Assembly (NCBI RefSeq): GCF_006345805.1
Contig: NC_043001.1
Location: forward strand, 69,750,001-69,814,000
Reading direction: 5' to 3'
DNA from: Octopus sinensis
Taxonomy: Eukaryota
DNA: 64,000 nt
Part shown: positions 1 through 14,065 of the stretch, one piece after another
Position numbering within the stretch: the first letter of the stretch is position 1
How the letters are laid out: each line of letters opens with the position of its first letter
Translations under genes and position numbers: made by a program
Notes under the pieces: generated by a model
Told to the model about the DNA's origin: nothing
What the model saw: only the letters and a program-made list of their open reading frames with translations
Databases searched by the model: none

Positions 1-419
1 TTAATCGTCCAAGACTAAAAAATAGCTACTCTAAAACCAAAACAGCATACTGAAATTTAATTGCAATTATATCATACGGAGTGAATTTATGAATATCTAG
101 AGAAAACGAAAATCTGCTTCAGAAATACTTAGAACGGATGCTGCAACTGTACATATAGCTGTAAAGAGTAATTGCAAATGCAGTATAAAATTATCGAGTA
201 CTCGGGAGAAATGAAGAGTCTAATCATTCTAGAGACTTACTAGCTAACACCGATATCTATTCTATTTATATATCTTATATTTACACTAATGCAATTGGAG
301 GTTTGTTTTCTGCTTCATTTAAAATCACATGTTTTTACATATTTTCTCAATATTGGTAATTTTGTATCGAGAAAACACATTTTTTGCATTGCCCAAGTAA
401 ATATATTTAATCTCCAAAG

Positions 420-1760
420 AGTGAAACTAAGAATATCGTAAGTAAAGGTTTGAATCCGATGGAGGATATCATGGCAAAATTTATAAAATAATTGCTGATT
501 AGGACATCGTTTAGGAAATTATTTCTCTTGTTTAATGATTTGTTCGAAGTGCCTAAGGAAACTTACATGGAATGAAATAATTAAAATATGTATTTTTGTA
601 TTTTTTTAACGTAATATAATTCACCGATTTCCAATACTGCTAGCAAAACCGCATTCTATAAAGGAAACAATACTGATAAACTCCTTATTGGGTTCATACA
701 GGTTAGAGAGGAGCAACAATTCGATGACGTAAGAAGAAAGTCATCAGCCTTGCGATGTAACTAAATGATTGAATCTCTGATTGATTCTGTTGAATTGCCT
801 GGGTTTTCAATTACGTTTACTGACCAATATGTCATTGAGATTCTAAGATATAATACTTTGAGAGTAGGCTTTTCGGAAGAGAAGATGTATTAGAGACATT
901 TGCGATAGAAAACATCTTTCTTCTTCCATAAAGCTGAATCAGTTAGGAGGACCAATCGAAAACTTCATTTAGGGTACAAAGTTTAAAACAAGTCGTTTTA
1001 CCTTAAGGCATTTCATCGTTTCATATACATCATTAATCGTATATGAACAGACGCCATGAAAGATATAAATAAACGCCCCAAAGCAAAGTAAACGCTGAGA
1101 AGATTGAAAACGGACATCTACAAAATTAGATTTTATTTTTTGAAAGCAAATTCCCATCACTAAAATAATTTCCCGCCAACTACTTGCAATTCTATCTGTA
1201 CAATAATGATTTTAAGCCGAACCACTAATTCTGGGCCAGCCATAAATATATTAAGTTACAATGAAGTTACTAGTGCCTACCTAATCCATAGTTACATTTC
1301 TATTTCCAAATATTCATGTAACGTATTATGAATAATGAAATATCACGTGATCATAACAAGGAACAATGCGCTTATTCATTTGACGGAATTTTATTTCAAA
1401 TGGTGCAGGATAATTTACAGAATTTCAAGCCAAAATATATAATTCTGCAAGTTTTCCAGGAAACAAGTGAATATTTATTGTATAGACTGTACAGTTGTTC
1501 TGTCCTATTAGTGCATGCCATATTTGGTATTCATAAGATGAAACCCGGAAAATGATATAATTGATGACAGGCTGCATTGTTAACAGACGAAGAGGAAGCG
1601 CTAAAAACGTTCGAATGTTGATACCTTAATTCATTTGAATTTATTGCGCTGGTCAAAGAACAACTATTCTATTGAGAATAAAATATATCTACGTTGATGT
1701 TTACAGGAAAATGTAGGCAAACGGAAGCATTCAGTATTTTCTAGTCTTTATCATGAGAAC
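420..1760 (+). mobile_element. Highly decayed non-LTR retrotransposon reverse transcriptase remnant (RTE-like)
   Basis: RT-like peptide fragments occur in the expected order across stops and frameshifts: SDGGYHGKIYK (~456), GF/RKRRCIRDI (~867-900), FQIFM*RIMN (~1304-1335), DD/AALLTDEEEALK (~1563-1606). They resemble RTE motifs GPDG, QxGFRxxRS, LFNIFxERIM and FADDxxxLAxxEEEL. Boundaries are approximate. Confidence 0.5.
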
Positions 1761-2504
1761 TGTGTAAATACCGTTGTTCGGATATTTTGGGCAGATACAG
1801 TAAAACATGTTGGGAGAAGAACAGTGATGAGCGGTTTACTTAGTGAAGAATACAGGCAAGGTACCACACATGACGATCATCAGCTGTAGCAACTTTAGAA
1901 TATACACTCAGGAGAAAGAACGCATCTATTCACAGGAAGTTTTTGTTACTGTTTCCTGAATACATATTTGCTTGTTGCCGCATGATCTTTTATTCGAAAT
2001 ATTACGGACACATCACTCAGGAGAGCTTCACTTTGGAGCAAGACACTCTGGAATTTACTCGAAGTGTTTGCAGAGACCAAATGTGTTAGAACTGAATTAG
2101 TCAATTTCTCGAAGTGAAAAAGTAGATTGGATATAAAATACTGTAGGTAGTGAATATGTGATAAAAGAGTGAAGAATAGCAATGTTCAAAAGACCTGCCA
2201 TTTGTAACAGTTTTCTATTTCTCTGATACCCTAGTAAATCAGATTATTGTAAACTGCATTCTTACTGTTTAAACATTTATCTAGCATTGGGAATATGAGA
2301 GATTTTGTTGCATCCTGTTCAGGTGCTAAATTTCTGAAGTGAATAACTCTTATCAAAATAAGTATACTCTTGCCCTACCAATGTAGAATACATTAGGGAT
2401 AATTAGATCAGTTACATAAGTTTAAATTAAGGACATATCAAAGCAGAAAGAGGGAGAGATTCCTGGAAGGGCGTACTGGATCACAATGTGGTTAGCGTTT
2501 GGCG

Positions 2505-2630
2505 AAGGAGGAGGAGGAGGAGGATGCTGCAAAGGGGGGAAGGAGGAGGGGAGGGGATTGAGGAGGAGAAGAAGAAGAAGAAGTAAAAGGAGAAAGTCAA
2601 GAAATGGGAAGAGAAAAAGTAGGAGAAGAA
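2505..2630. repeat. Purine-rich (GGA)n/(GAA)n low-complexity tract
   Basis: Runs of ggaggaggagg and gaagaagaag are directly visible. Confidence 0.85.
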
Positions 2631-3151
2631 TTGCTATTCAAGTTTAATATACGGTTCTGTTTGCCTCTCTTAATCCTCGTTGGAGTTTAAAGGATTTGTT
2701 ATCACATCACCAGCTTTTAGTGTCGTTCGAGCCAACATGACCTCGAGGGAACTGAATTAGGGATTGAAATGCTTACAAACTATCAAACTATAATCACGTA
2801 AATGCCTTAAAAGGAAATTTTCAGAAGCTTTGGATGCTCTAGTAAACAGTAAAAAGCCTTCTGAAGCCCAATTATCTCAGTAAATGCCTGAGGATAATCA
2901 TGGGGTAAGCAGTTAGTTATTTATATCCATCCATTACATCACATAGTTGAAATACACAAATGTATATATTTATAATAAAACAATGCCGTACATTTTGCCG
3001 AAAGTTGTAGTTTGACGTATATTTTAACACTGAAAATCATTTTGTCGATCATTAATGTTACCAGGCTTCGGTCAAAAGTCGCCTTTCCTCCGCCCACTTA
3101 TGTGCATGTCTTAGGCAAATGTTTCTGGTGAGACTCAAGATGTTTGCATGT

Positions 3152-3548
3152 AAGTGTGGCTGTGCGGTAAGAAATTTGGTTTTCAATATATGACTCCGGG
3201 TTCAGACGCGTTGCGTTGCACCTTGGGCAAATGTTTCTACTATAGCCTCATGTCGACCAAAGCCTTGAGAGTGGATTTGGCAAAAGCAAACTAAAAGATA
3301 CCCGCCATATATGTGTACATGTGTGTATGTGTCCTTGTGTCTGTGTTTGTCACCCACCACTGTTTGACAGCCGGTGTTTGTGTTGTGTTTATCTCCTAGT
3401 AACTCAGCGCGTAGGCAAAAAGTCATGATACCATAAGTATTAGACTTTAAAAATATTAAGTACTGGCATTGATTCATTCAACAACATATTCTTCAAGATG
3501 GTTCCCCCGCACGGCTGCAGTCTCGTGTCTAAAACAAATGGATAAGAA
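3152..3548 (+). mobile_element. SINE family A (tRNA head plus CORE-like domain), diverged near-full copy
   Basis: Contains GTGGCTGTGCGGTAAG, GGGTTCAG and CACCTTGGGCAAATGTTTCTACTATAGCCTC, and is colinear with the copies at 45608-45990 and 49912-50718. Confidence 0.8.
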
Positions 3549-6014
3549 GAAAATTATATCCCCGCTTCCCATGTCACCGTGGTTTACTAATGAGAAAGTT
3601 CACGGGGTTGGGCAGATACAAATTGGTATCAGTGTCGTGGCAGATGTTACTGCCAGAACACAAAGAAATAGAACATATAATTCAAGCACCTCATCCAAGC
3701 ATCTAGCTATGCTGCCAATCCACCGCTTTGGATTCGTACATTTTTATTGGGAACCCTAAGAGTCAAAAAAGCGAAGTTGACTTCGGCGCAGTTTGAACTC
3801 AACACACAGAGATTTGGATAAAATGCCATAATTCATAGTCTAAACATATCTGGGACGAATGTTGATTGTTTAATTGATTTCTTTATTGTCAGGAAATTAA
3901 AAAGGACAAGAAAGCGAGTGCAAGAGAAATACATTCAGTTAATGTAAGAGGTGTGGATCAGTACACATGTAAGGCTTGGTGGCAGGCAATGAGCGAAAGA
4001 TCGCTACACACACAGAGGAAAAGAAAGTAGCATAGATGTAGCGAAGGTAGAAGCTAGGAAGATAGGTATATGAGGGGATAGTTATGGGAGAAGTTATATA
4101 CACAAATGAAAAAAATATTTTATTTAACTTTATTTTGAAGTGACAATTTTCTTTTCAAAATTAGTATTGTTACCCCTTTCATTATTTTATATAAGCATGA
4201 AGAAATTTGATAAGGGCGAAATTATTGTTATTGAATTATGCTAAACTTCCTGATATTAGCGATGGTAGCAAAAGTGCATTTCCAAAGTTACTCGTAGTAT
4301 GCCAAGTAACACTAGTTTAAGGAATATTAGTATTGACAAAAATTTATTATATGAGGGATTTATATTTTGGTATTCAAATAATTATTCAGAACTTACGAGG
4401 TTTGATGTGGTGTGGGAGTCATTATCGATTAGTCATTTCGCCCTGCAACTAATTATAGCAATAATAGACTATGTCATATGAAGCGACAATGTTTTATTCG
4501 TTATCTTTTAACTTCACATCAACGTTGGCCGAACAGACCTATGAACAAAGACATTCAAACCATCGCCATATTGCATTTTCATTTTGGCCTGATACAAATA
4601 AGAATATATTATGCTATGTCTTGATTTTTTAAGCTTTGCTGGATACCTTATAGGAGTTTCGCTTCTATTTCATCGATTGATATATACTTCGTTGATGTCA
4701 AATAAACGCCATCTCGAGCAATCCATAGCCATATTTGAAGGTGGGATCAATCACAACTCGCAGGCCACGGATCTTAACCATGACTTCTTCTAGACAGGGA
4801 CCATACCGTTTTTCAAGCTTACATCTATATAGGATTGTTATGACGTATTCTACGCACTGCCCAGTCTATTTTTGTGTGTGTTTTATGTTGTTTAGCTAGA
4901 AATCAGTTTTATATGATCAGGTATGAACTCAGATTTGTCTTACCTTGATAAATTCGTTATTACATTATGAAAAGTGACTTTCTTTAATGACTATATGACC
5001 TGATTTCACAGATTATGGCCGCTATTTCTGGCAAAATAGTCAACATTTAAATTTTCCACTAGTGACTGGGGAGTCATCATAGATGCAGGTGGTGAATATG
5101 ATGGAGAAGAAAGCAGAATAAATCAGAAAACGAGATTTGATGTGCCTTTGTACTTGCTGTTGGTGGTGTACATACAAGCATGCTTCTATTCTACAACAGC
5201 TCAGAAATTCCAAGTACCCCTAATCTTTGTCTTATTTAATACACAACATCTATTATGCCATGAAAACACTCAGTTACGCGCTCACTCCAGACACTCGTTC
5301 ACTCCAGACACTCGTTCACAAGTCTGCTGTCTTTCCCCCTCTTTTTTATCGTTTCACTTAGGAATCTCTTCGGGGTCACCTAAAATCATAACACCACATC
5401 ACAGATGCTGCTGATCCACTCATAAATTCTTTTCTCATTACTATTATTTCTTCAGCACTTGCAGATTTCCGCGTTAACGACTATGCTCGGTCATTTCATC
5501 CTAGAACGTGATCTCTCGAGATTTTCCGCCCTGTACCTATGCTTCTGCACACATAGATGTATAACAGTTTCTATGCGGCTTTATAGGCATGTGTGTTACC
5601 AGTTTCAAACGTCTTGCAAATACCAGAATCACACCCCATTTTTAGCATAAAATTAATAAAAGAAACAAACAGTTATTTGTGTCCACGATATGCACGTTAA
5701 TATGACTCTACGCAACTCTAACCAAACTAGTCAGTAATTTAAAAACAGGCGGGATAGTTGCGCAACAATGCCTGTAAAATGGTGTGGGGGTGAGAGTGTA
5801 ATGTCTTCTTTCCATTTATATCATGTATATGCGGCAAAATAGGTTCAAAATCATGATTAAGAAGGTAGGTCCTTGAGTAATTTTCATAAAAATGAAGGCC
5901 TAGAAAATATAGTCTTGTACACTACAAAAACGTTAGCGTTGAAGAGGTTAGCTCGTCTTTGTGGTTTTTGAATGCCCTGCGTTCAAAAACCACTAAGGTC
6001 AACGTTACTTTTCA

Positions 6015-6098
6015 TGTATGTATGTATGTATGTATGGATGTATGTATGTATGTATGTATGTATGTATGTATGCATGTATGTATGCAGGTATGTATGCA
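6015..6098. repeat. (TATG)n microsatellite
   Basis: Tandem repeat directly visible. Confidence 0.95.
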
Positions 6099-6903
6099 TA
6101 TATTATATATGTGCGTAAGTTACATATATAGGAATACATACATGCACGCTCATACACACACATATATACGTGCTTTATATCTGACCATTTGAAATAAGTT
6201 TAGTAAACACTAATAAGTAAGGTAAAGTGTATATCTTTTCATTTCTTTTTTTACATTGCATGGATATAGAAGGTATTCTGGAAATTACGAAGGTATTTAC
6301 CATTTTAATGAGATTCCTGTTTTTGAATAAAATCTTATTTCTCAAAATCATTTCATTCAAAGTAACGACAAACATAACAGCAGAAAAATCTCACTTATTA
6401 AATTTGCGTTTCACACACACTGCTCTGAGCTACACGAAAATTAAACAATATAAGAAAACCTCATCGTTAAAATGTGAAAAGAGAACAAAAAAAAAAGAGG
6501 AAACAACTGCAAAAACAATTAAATCTAATTTCACCAAGTCTTCGCATACAACAGCACTTGTACATGAGTAAATAAGTCTATACTAATTTATAATTCATCA
6601 TATATGTATAATTCATGTGCTTCGGTTTCGTTTCTGATGAAACCCGAGTTAATTAAGGTTCGAAAAAGTATTTTATCCAACTTTATAAAATATTCATGTT
6701 TTCATTCAACGAAAGGTGATTGAGTAATATGTGTTTTGTCAGACAGAACAGTTCATGTCTCTCGTTCAGCTGTTTACATGCATAGTAGGATATTGTTGAC
6801 GTTACAACAGTACACGTAGGGACACTTATTGGGTATGGAATTGCTAATATCATTGTGATTAATATGATATGATATCTAACTCTCAGTTTATCTATCAATC
6901 AAT

Positions 6904-6941
<38 letters not shown>

Positions 6942-7694
6942 GTATATATATATTTTTATATATATATATATATAAAACTGAAATGCGTTTCGACCGCTTG
7001 GATCGCTTTCAAGGCCACTACATCTCGTCGGTTTCACTCCAAAATTTACAGAGACATGTAAAATGAGGTGACGATGCCCGTGGGCTACCTTAGAAATCCC
7101 TATCTTAAAAGGTGTCGTTGCTAGGGCCAAAAACCCACTTTGACAAGTCCACTCCCATTCTTTTACGTATCTATCTTCCTCACTCACGCTATTTCCTCCA
7201 TTCCCCTCTAACTCCCATTCAGTTTCCCTTTATCAGTTCGTCAAACGGCGTTCTTTATCTCGCTGTCTGCATTCATAGAGAGAATTATCATCGCCACAAT
7301 CAACACACAATCATGAGAACAAATATTATGAATCAGATGTTTCTTGAGTTCATTTATATATGTGTGTATGTGTGTTCTATATATAAATATGTATATATAA
7401 TGTATATATACACAGTGTATATATCTGTATTTATGTATATTAAACTTTTTAATACTTTTTGATAGTTATATATATTTTTAAACAAATTATAAATATAATT
7501 TAATAATTTTTATTTTAAATTTAAATAATTTAAATTTTTCAATTTTAGATTTTATATATTTTCTATATTATATTTTTCTTTTTATGTTTTTGGTTTTGGT
7601 TTTTCACTGTTTGATTTGCCTATTAGTGGTTTTATCTCTAATTTAATTTATATATATATATATATTTTTTATACATTTGTATATATAATCCGTG

Positions 7695-7729
<35 letters not shown>

Positions 7730-7744
<15 letters not shown>

Positions 7745-8847
7745 GTGTGCATTATGTGGTCGGTCGGTTCAGCTGAAAATATGCACACCTATGTTAAATG
7801 TGCTGGTAAGTTTGCATGACAACTATCTTTTCCTCAAATGAAAGGCGTGACCTCTAGGACAAAATTCCTCATCTAATAAAATGTGTCCCGAGTAGACCTG
7901 AATGGAATCGGGTTATATTAACGAAAATGTGAAAAGGGGTCTAACTTTCTCTGGAAGGGGATTAAAATTTACAGGAGCGAGTGTTTAGGAATTCTCTGTT
8001 ACATCAAGCTAAAAAATTTGCGCCAGCCTTCTAATCGTCAATGTGTTGCCGTCCATGATGAAGAAGTTTTGAATGCTTGCCATGGTGAGTGTACTGTCGT
8101 GAGAAAGTATCACTTCAAAACTTGGTGTTTACGATTTTTCTTTTACATCAAGTTCAAAATTTTACGCCAGCCGTTAAACTGTCAATACGTTGCTGTCCGT
8201 CGTTAAGAAATGCCACCCATGGTGACTCCACTATCCTCACATTCTATCCCTTCAAACTTTGGTTTCCATTATTTTATTATTTTTATTCAGCTCGCAAGTT
8301 CGTCTGTCCCTTTTAAATGTTAGCGTTTTGCTGTCTGCCTTGAAGCAGACCTTTCCGTTACCACTGCCTGATATTTATGATTGATCTTTCTAAATACTTT
8401 ATTTCTCAACTTACTCAAGATCTTTTGTTGTTTATAAATGGGAGAGAGATAGATAAAGATAGAGAGTAAGAGAAAGCGAGGGAGAGTCCGAGAGAAAAGA
8501 AAAGTAAGTGAGTGGGAAAGTGAGAGAGAAAGAAGAGAGAAACAAAGAGGGAGAATCATCATCATCATCATCGTTTCACGTCCGTTTTCCGTGATAGCAC
8601 GGGTTGGACAGTTTGACCGGGGTCTGAGAAGTCAGGAGGCTGCACCAGGCTTCAGTCTGATCTGGCAGTGTTTCTACAGGTGGATGAACTTCCTAACGCC
8701 AACCACTCTGTGAGTGTAGTATGTGCTTTCTTCGTGCCGCCGGCACATGTGCCAGGGGAACTCGCAGCTTTTTACGTGCTGAAAGGAAGCAATAGAAAGT
8801 AACAACCACACTCTTACCCGCGCGTAGAGCGGGTCACCTTCAGCTAG
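7730..8847 (+). mobile_element. Putative non-autonomous Helitron (3' end supported, 5' end uncertain)
   Basis: GC hairpin ACCCGC-GCGTAGA-GCGGGT (8816-8834) is followed 9 nt later by CTAG (8844-8847) and then T, which is the canonical Helitron 3' terminus. There is an internal diverged ~144-bp tandem duplication starting at 7999 and 8143. Confidence 0.5.
8556..8775 (-). mobile_element. SINE/RTE-related 3' tail fragment ending in (GAT)n
   Basis: The minus strand reads GTGGTTGGCGTTAGGAAG..TCCACCTGTAGAAAC...GGAAAACGGACGTGAAACGATGATGATG, an RTE-type tail with a trinucleotide repeat end. Confidence 0.65.
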
Positions 8848-9577
8848 TATATATATATATATATCCTTACCTACAGACCTACCTATCTACTGGGCCTCTC
8901 AATCATGTGACTGGGGCTGAGCTGCCTTATCCATTAGGCCTAGCGTTCACATTTATATATAAAATGATGTGATGGCTATTTTTATTATGACTTGCTTACG
9001 ATATACATACAGGCATACATACATACATACATACATACATACATACATTCACACATATAAAAGCAAGACCAGCTAAAAGGACGGATAAACAGTATACTTG
9101 ATTGGTGTCGACAGTACTGGAGGACAACTTGAAGTGAGATACCGACTAGCTTTCTGTAAAGCATGTCTCTCGGAGATGGTCACTGTGATCTAAAATCAAA
9201 TGTGCAGGGAATAGCATTGAACATCTTAGGGATTTTATTTTTTACGCTTGAGATCATTGCACTCGTACATACCTAAGCCTACGTCCCATATTGGCACTTG
9301 CTATCTAACTCTAGTTTGTCTGTGTAGTGTGCAGAGAGTTTGTGAGGTACAGTGCAGACCTTAATAGACCTAAACTTTTAGATTTTGCAGTCACCTGCAA
9401 GGTGACTCTCCGATGCCCAGTCAACTTGGCGGTGGATAGTACCAACATGAAAGCCGCGGCGCGAACACGAGTGAAGTACTTGTGCAATAAGCTCATGCAC
9501 GGCTACTGCTGGCATTTTGCATTCCCAATGGTCAGAGTAAATTTTTCTTGCTCACGGGTGGACAGATATTGCACACA

Positions 9578-9608
<31 letters not shown>

Positions 9609-10951
9609 CACACACACACACACCAAACAATACACAGATTTTGTAAAGAAAAGAAGGCATGGACTCTAAAATGTATATAAATGAACAACGAACGATGATT
9701 CAGTCGAACACCGCATGATGATGGTGTTGAATATGACCTCTGTACAATTGAATGTCAATTTTGTGTGAATCAGTTAACCCTATTCATTCTAGAATATCAT
9801 TGCCGTTTTTACACAGTAGACTGCTCAAGCCAAATAACGCAAGTAGCGTGTATTGTATGTGTCATTGACATGGGATTATATTTCTAGGGAGTTTAGTTTA
9901 ATTTACATGGTTGTTACTGGTTAATGTCCTGCAGTATTTCTCTACGTGTAAGAAATCCTGAATAAACACAATGTTAGGATAAATTTTTATGATAGCCTTC
10001 TTATATAAAGTATTTGTAATTTTCTTCTGTGCGCCCTCTTTCACTCTCTGTCTCCCATTCTCTGTCTGTGTGTCCCTCTCTCTATATATGCATGTATACA
10101 TGTTTCCTCTCTCTATATATGTATGTATACATACATATATATATATACACACATATATGCATATATACAAACATACATACATACATATATACATACATAC
10201 GCATACATACATACGCATATATATATATATATATCATTCGCTCGCTCTGTGTATTCTTTCACCGTCTCTTACACGCTCTATTTATATGTTGACTATTGAT
10301 CAATTCTTCCTTGTATATCATTTAATTAGATTTTCAGCTAATCTTACATATATCTAACATCTGTCCCATGTTAAAATCATTGTAAATCCAGATTAACAAC
10401 CGTTCTCAGTAGGAAAAGTAGATAAACAGACGCTACGAAAATAAGAAAAAAAATCATTGTAATTCTTATTTTGCTTATAAATTATACTATCAGTTCTTTT
10501 CTTCACCAAATTATAATTGAAGGATGATGAAAGGAAATACGTCAACACCGAAATACGCAAAAATAATACATACTCTCATGCACAAACACACATATACTTT
10601 CTCAAGAACACACACACAGACATACACACACACAAAAAAAAAAACACATGCAGGTAAGTGTTTTGTCTCGCTGCCTTTTTAGTTCACATGCCGCCTAAGT
10701 CGTCTTTGCCTTTCAGATCTTTGATGTCGGTGAAATAAATACCGATGTCGATGTAATTGATTAGCCTTCGCTCCAAAATGCTTGTACGTGTACCGAGACT
10801 ACTTTGTACGTTATTTAATACTTCTTTAACTCTTTGGACAAAGGCAATGCTGTGGCACTGCTTTGAAGAAATTTAGTCGAATGAACTGTTCCCTCCTAGT
10901 ACTAATATTTTTTTACAAGCCTGGTAAATTTTCTCTTGGTTTCCTTTCTAG

Positions 10952-10964
10952 GTATGTATGTATG

Positions 10965-11037
<73 letters not shown>

Positions 11038-11162
11038 GTACGCATACATACAAACATACATACATACACACACACATACATACATGCATACATACATACA
11101 TGCATACATACATACATACATACATACATACATACATACATACATACATACGTACATACACG
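10952..11162. repeat. Compound microsatellite (TATG)(TA)(TG)(CATA)
   Basis: Directly visible; it accounts for all the overlapping ORFs here. Confidence 0.95.
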
Positions 11163-11401
11163 CATAGATGCACTTATAATACGTTTATGGAGGGAAAGAC
11201 GGAGAGATAGATATTAACCATCAAATATGTTTATACACAAACTGGATTTTAAAATAACACATTATTTGCAGTATATACACCATATCATTTCATTCAGATA
11301 TAGTTGCTTGAATGATTTCTTTATTAAGTTTTTTTTTTGTTTTGCTCAAGAACATCTCGCATCGCCCGGTGCAGGAATCGAAACACAATCTTGTGGTCAT
11401 A

Positions 11402-12692
11402 CGAGGGACGTTCAATAAGTAATGTCCCTGACCCACTTGCCGTTGTTTGATCTAGCTGAAATTTTGCATGTGCAATTATCGATATCTCTATAGATTAAGT
11501 GGCAAATTACAGCTTTGAACTAATTGTGGTTTCTGATTTACAGGTGTTTGAACTGAGTCAAGTGTGAAATGGAGCCTGTTGAGTGTCGAGCAGTGATCCG
11601 GTTTTTGTATTTGAAAGGACGCACACCACGGGAGACTTTTGATGAAATGAAAGTACCTTATGGTGATGATGCCCCATCATATGACCTTGTAAAACGCTGA
11701 CATCGTGAATTCAAACATGGTCGGAACTCTGTGGAAACAGCTCCCAGATCTGGTCGCCCCCCTTCTGCCATTGATGAGGCATCTGTCCGTCAAGTTGAGG
11801 CTGCCATTTTGGAAGATCGACGCATAACTATTCGCCAAATAGCCCATGACGTCAAGATTAGTACCGGGTCTGTGGAAACTATCATTAATGACCATTTGCA
11901 TATGCAAAAGGTGTCTGCCAGATGGATTCCCAGGTTGCTCACACCTTTCCAGAAGCAAGAACGCGTCGAGTGATCGAGGATGAATTTGGAGATGTGTCAA
12001 GAAGATGAGTCAAAATTTTTCAAAAGTCTGATTGCACAGGATGAAACCTGGGTCCATCACTATGATCCAGAGACCAAAGCCCAGTCAATGCAGTGGAAGC
12101 ACTGTGACTCACCTCCTCCAAAGAAGGCAAGGGTGCAGCCCTCCGCTGGCAAGGTCATGCTCACAGTCTTCTGGGACCAGGACGGAGTAGTGATGACAGA
12201 TTTCCTAGCAAAGGGTACCACAATTCCAGGAGCCTATTATGCTTCACTTTTGAGGAACTTAAGAGAAGCTATCAAAATCAAGAGGCGGGGCAAGATCAGC
12301 AAATGCATCCTCCTCCTGCAGGACAACGCTCCGGTTCACAACTCGCGTGTCGCCAGATCAGAAGCACAGGCGTGCAGCTATGATCTCCTCCCCCATCCCC
12401 CTACTCTCCTGACCTTGCACCCTCTGATTTTCACTTCTTCCAGCCATGAAATTGTTTTTGAAAGGAAAGCATTTCCCAGATGATGCAGCCTTGATTTCTG
12501 AAGTCACGTCGTGGTTGGAGGACCAGGCTGGGGTCTTCTACAAAAAGGGTCTCCAGAGCTGCATCAAACGATGGGAGAAATGCGTAACTCTGGGTAGTTC
12601 CTATGTAGAAAAAGACTAATAACTGTGCCAAGTCCTGTTGCTCTACTGCTATGGGAAGTGGGTCAATGGCATTACTTATTGAACGCCCCTCG
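11402..12692 (+). mobile_element. Mariner DNA transposon, full length (1291 bp), copy 1
   Basis: ~36-bp TIRs CGAGGG(A/G)CGTTCAATAAGTAATG...TGACCCACT, with TA dinucleotides at 11400-11401 and 12693-12694, enclose transposase coding sequence. Confidence 0.97.
11569..12619 (+). pseudogene. Mariner D,D34D transposase, disrupted (irritans-like motifs)
   Basis: ATG at 11569 (MEPVECRAVIRFL), then WIPRLL, QDETW and QDNAP...HPPYSPDLAPSD with 34 residues between the last two Asp; stop at 12617-12619. In-frame TGA codons lie at 11698 and 11971, with two -1 frameshifts near 12400 and 12440. Confidence 0.95.
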
Positions 12693-13909
12693 TAAGTCCA
12701 CCTCTTCAACTACTAAGCCACGCGAAAATTGACATTCAGATATAGTTGCTAGAATGTTTCCGCTTTATTATCTAGCTTTATTTCATATTTAACAGACAGA
12801 ATATGAAGCAAAACAACAGTGGTATTTTAGTTGAAACTATAAAACAGCCGATATAGAAATTGCCGTTTATTCTCAAATGAGTAGCTGAAAATATTAAATT
12901 TGCTGGTCAACATTTTACTCACGACAGACGCGCCGTTTTCTTCTAGTTCCCAACCGAAAATTATTCTACTGAAAATCCTATCTGTTTATTTGAACATGTA
13001 AGTAGTAATCGAGGTTGGTTTAGGGAATGTGACGCTCACTGTTTTAACTTTTATTTTATTACTTGGAAATTTAATTTCACTGAAGTGGTGCACAATCGAT
13101 AAAATGGCCGATCTTGTAATTATGCTTAGTTAGAATCCATTTCGACAATCTGAACTGAAATTGCATTTGTTGTTAAAGAGAGTAATGTCTTGTTATATAC
13201 AAACCGTCTAAATTATAACTGATATTGTCGTTTGGAAGCGGTAGTCAAAATTTATGTCTTTATTGTTAGACTTGAACATATAATTCCAGTTACTGGTAGA
13301 AAGGAGTAATTTTTATTCAGTTTGAGTCCCTGTTCAACAAGGGTGTTATATAATATGACAGATCCATTAAGAGAGTGACTTACGGTCCAACATTCTGTAA
13401 GAGCATCTAACACTAATTATTTTCCGTGACAGAAGATCTCAGAGAAGCAAATATAGACAAACGTTATTTAACAAGTCACCGTTCGAACAGTCTAAAGAAA
13501 ATTATGTTGAGAAAGATAATACCCTTTTTGACAAAATACAGGAACTGTTTTAGAAGTTGGACATATTTACAAAAATACTAGACCAATGATCTGAATTAAA
13601 TATGATTGTGAGTGTGCACGAGCGTGTGTGTGTGTGTGTGGGGGGGGAATTTATATATTTAATCAATTACGGAATATTTGCTTATAGGAAGAAACTCAAA
13701 ATTGTCAATAGAAATTTATTTGTTCTGTAAAATTCGAGTTGACTTCAAATTTAATCTCGTCTCAAAGAGTGCGCAACGACTTTGATGGAATGAGCCGTTA
13801 GGGAAATATTTCAATTACCATATATGCTATAACACAATATTGCATCATATATATAAAATAATACTATATCATATACACATATAATACATATATATATATA
13901 TCCATGCCA

Positions 13910-13971
13910 TGTATGTATGTATGTATGTATGTATGCATGTATGTATGTATGTATGTATGTATGTATGTATG

Positions 13972-14028
<57 letters not shown>

Positions 14029-14065
14029 TATATATATACATGTATATACATACATGTATGTGTGT
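13910..14065. repeat. (TATG)n/(TA)n microsatellite
   Basis: Directly visible. Confidence 0.95.

Larger units (their letters stand above)
11327..12732 (-). mobile_element. Short tRNA-head SINE (family C-like) split by mariner copy 1
   Basis: Joining 11340-11401 to 12695-12724 restores a head with an A box (TGGCTTAGTAG) and a B box (GTTTCGATTCC). A T-run lies at 11329-11338, and the flanking direct repeats are 11291-11326 and 12733-12770. Confidence 0.7.

Noticed and set aside
6630-6675. CTGATGA...GAAA hammerhead-like string
   Set aside because: Stem I and stem III do not pair.
9327-9680. 117-aa ORF or possible exon
   Set aside because: There is no recognisable domain and it runs into (CA)n. 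The minus strand has only a faint resemblance to a decayed LINE endonuclease.
13180-13570. RT-like VQQGC fragment
   Set aside because: It is a single short motif, too decayed to call.
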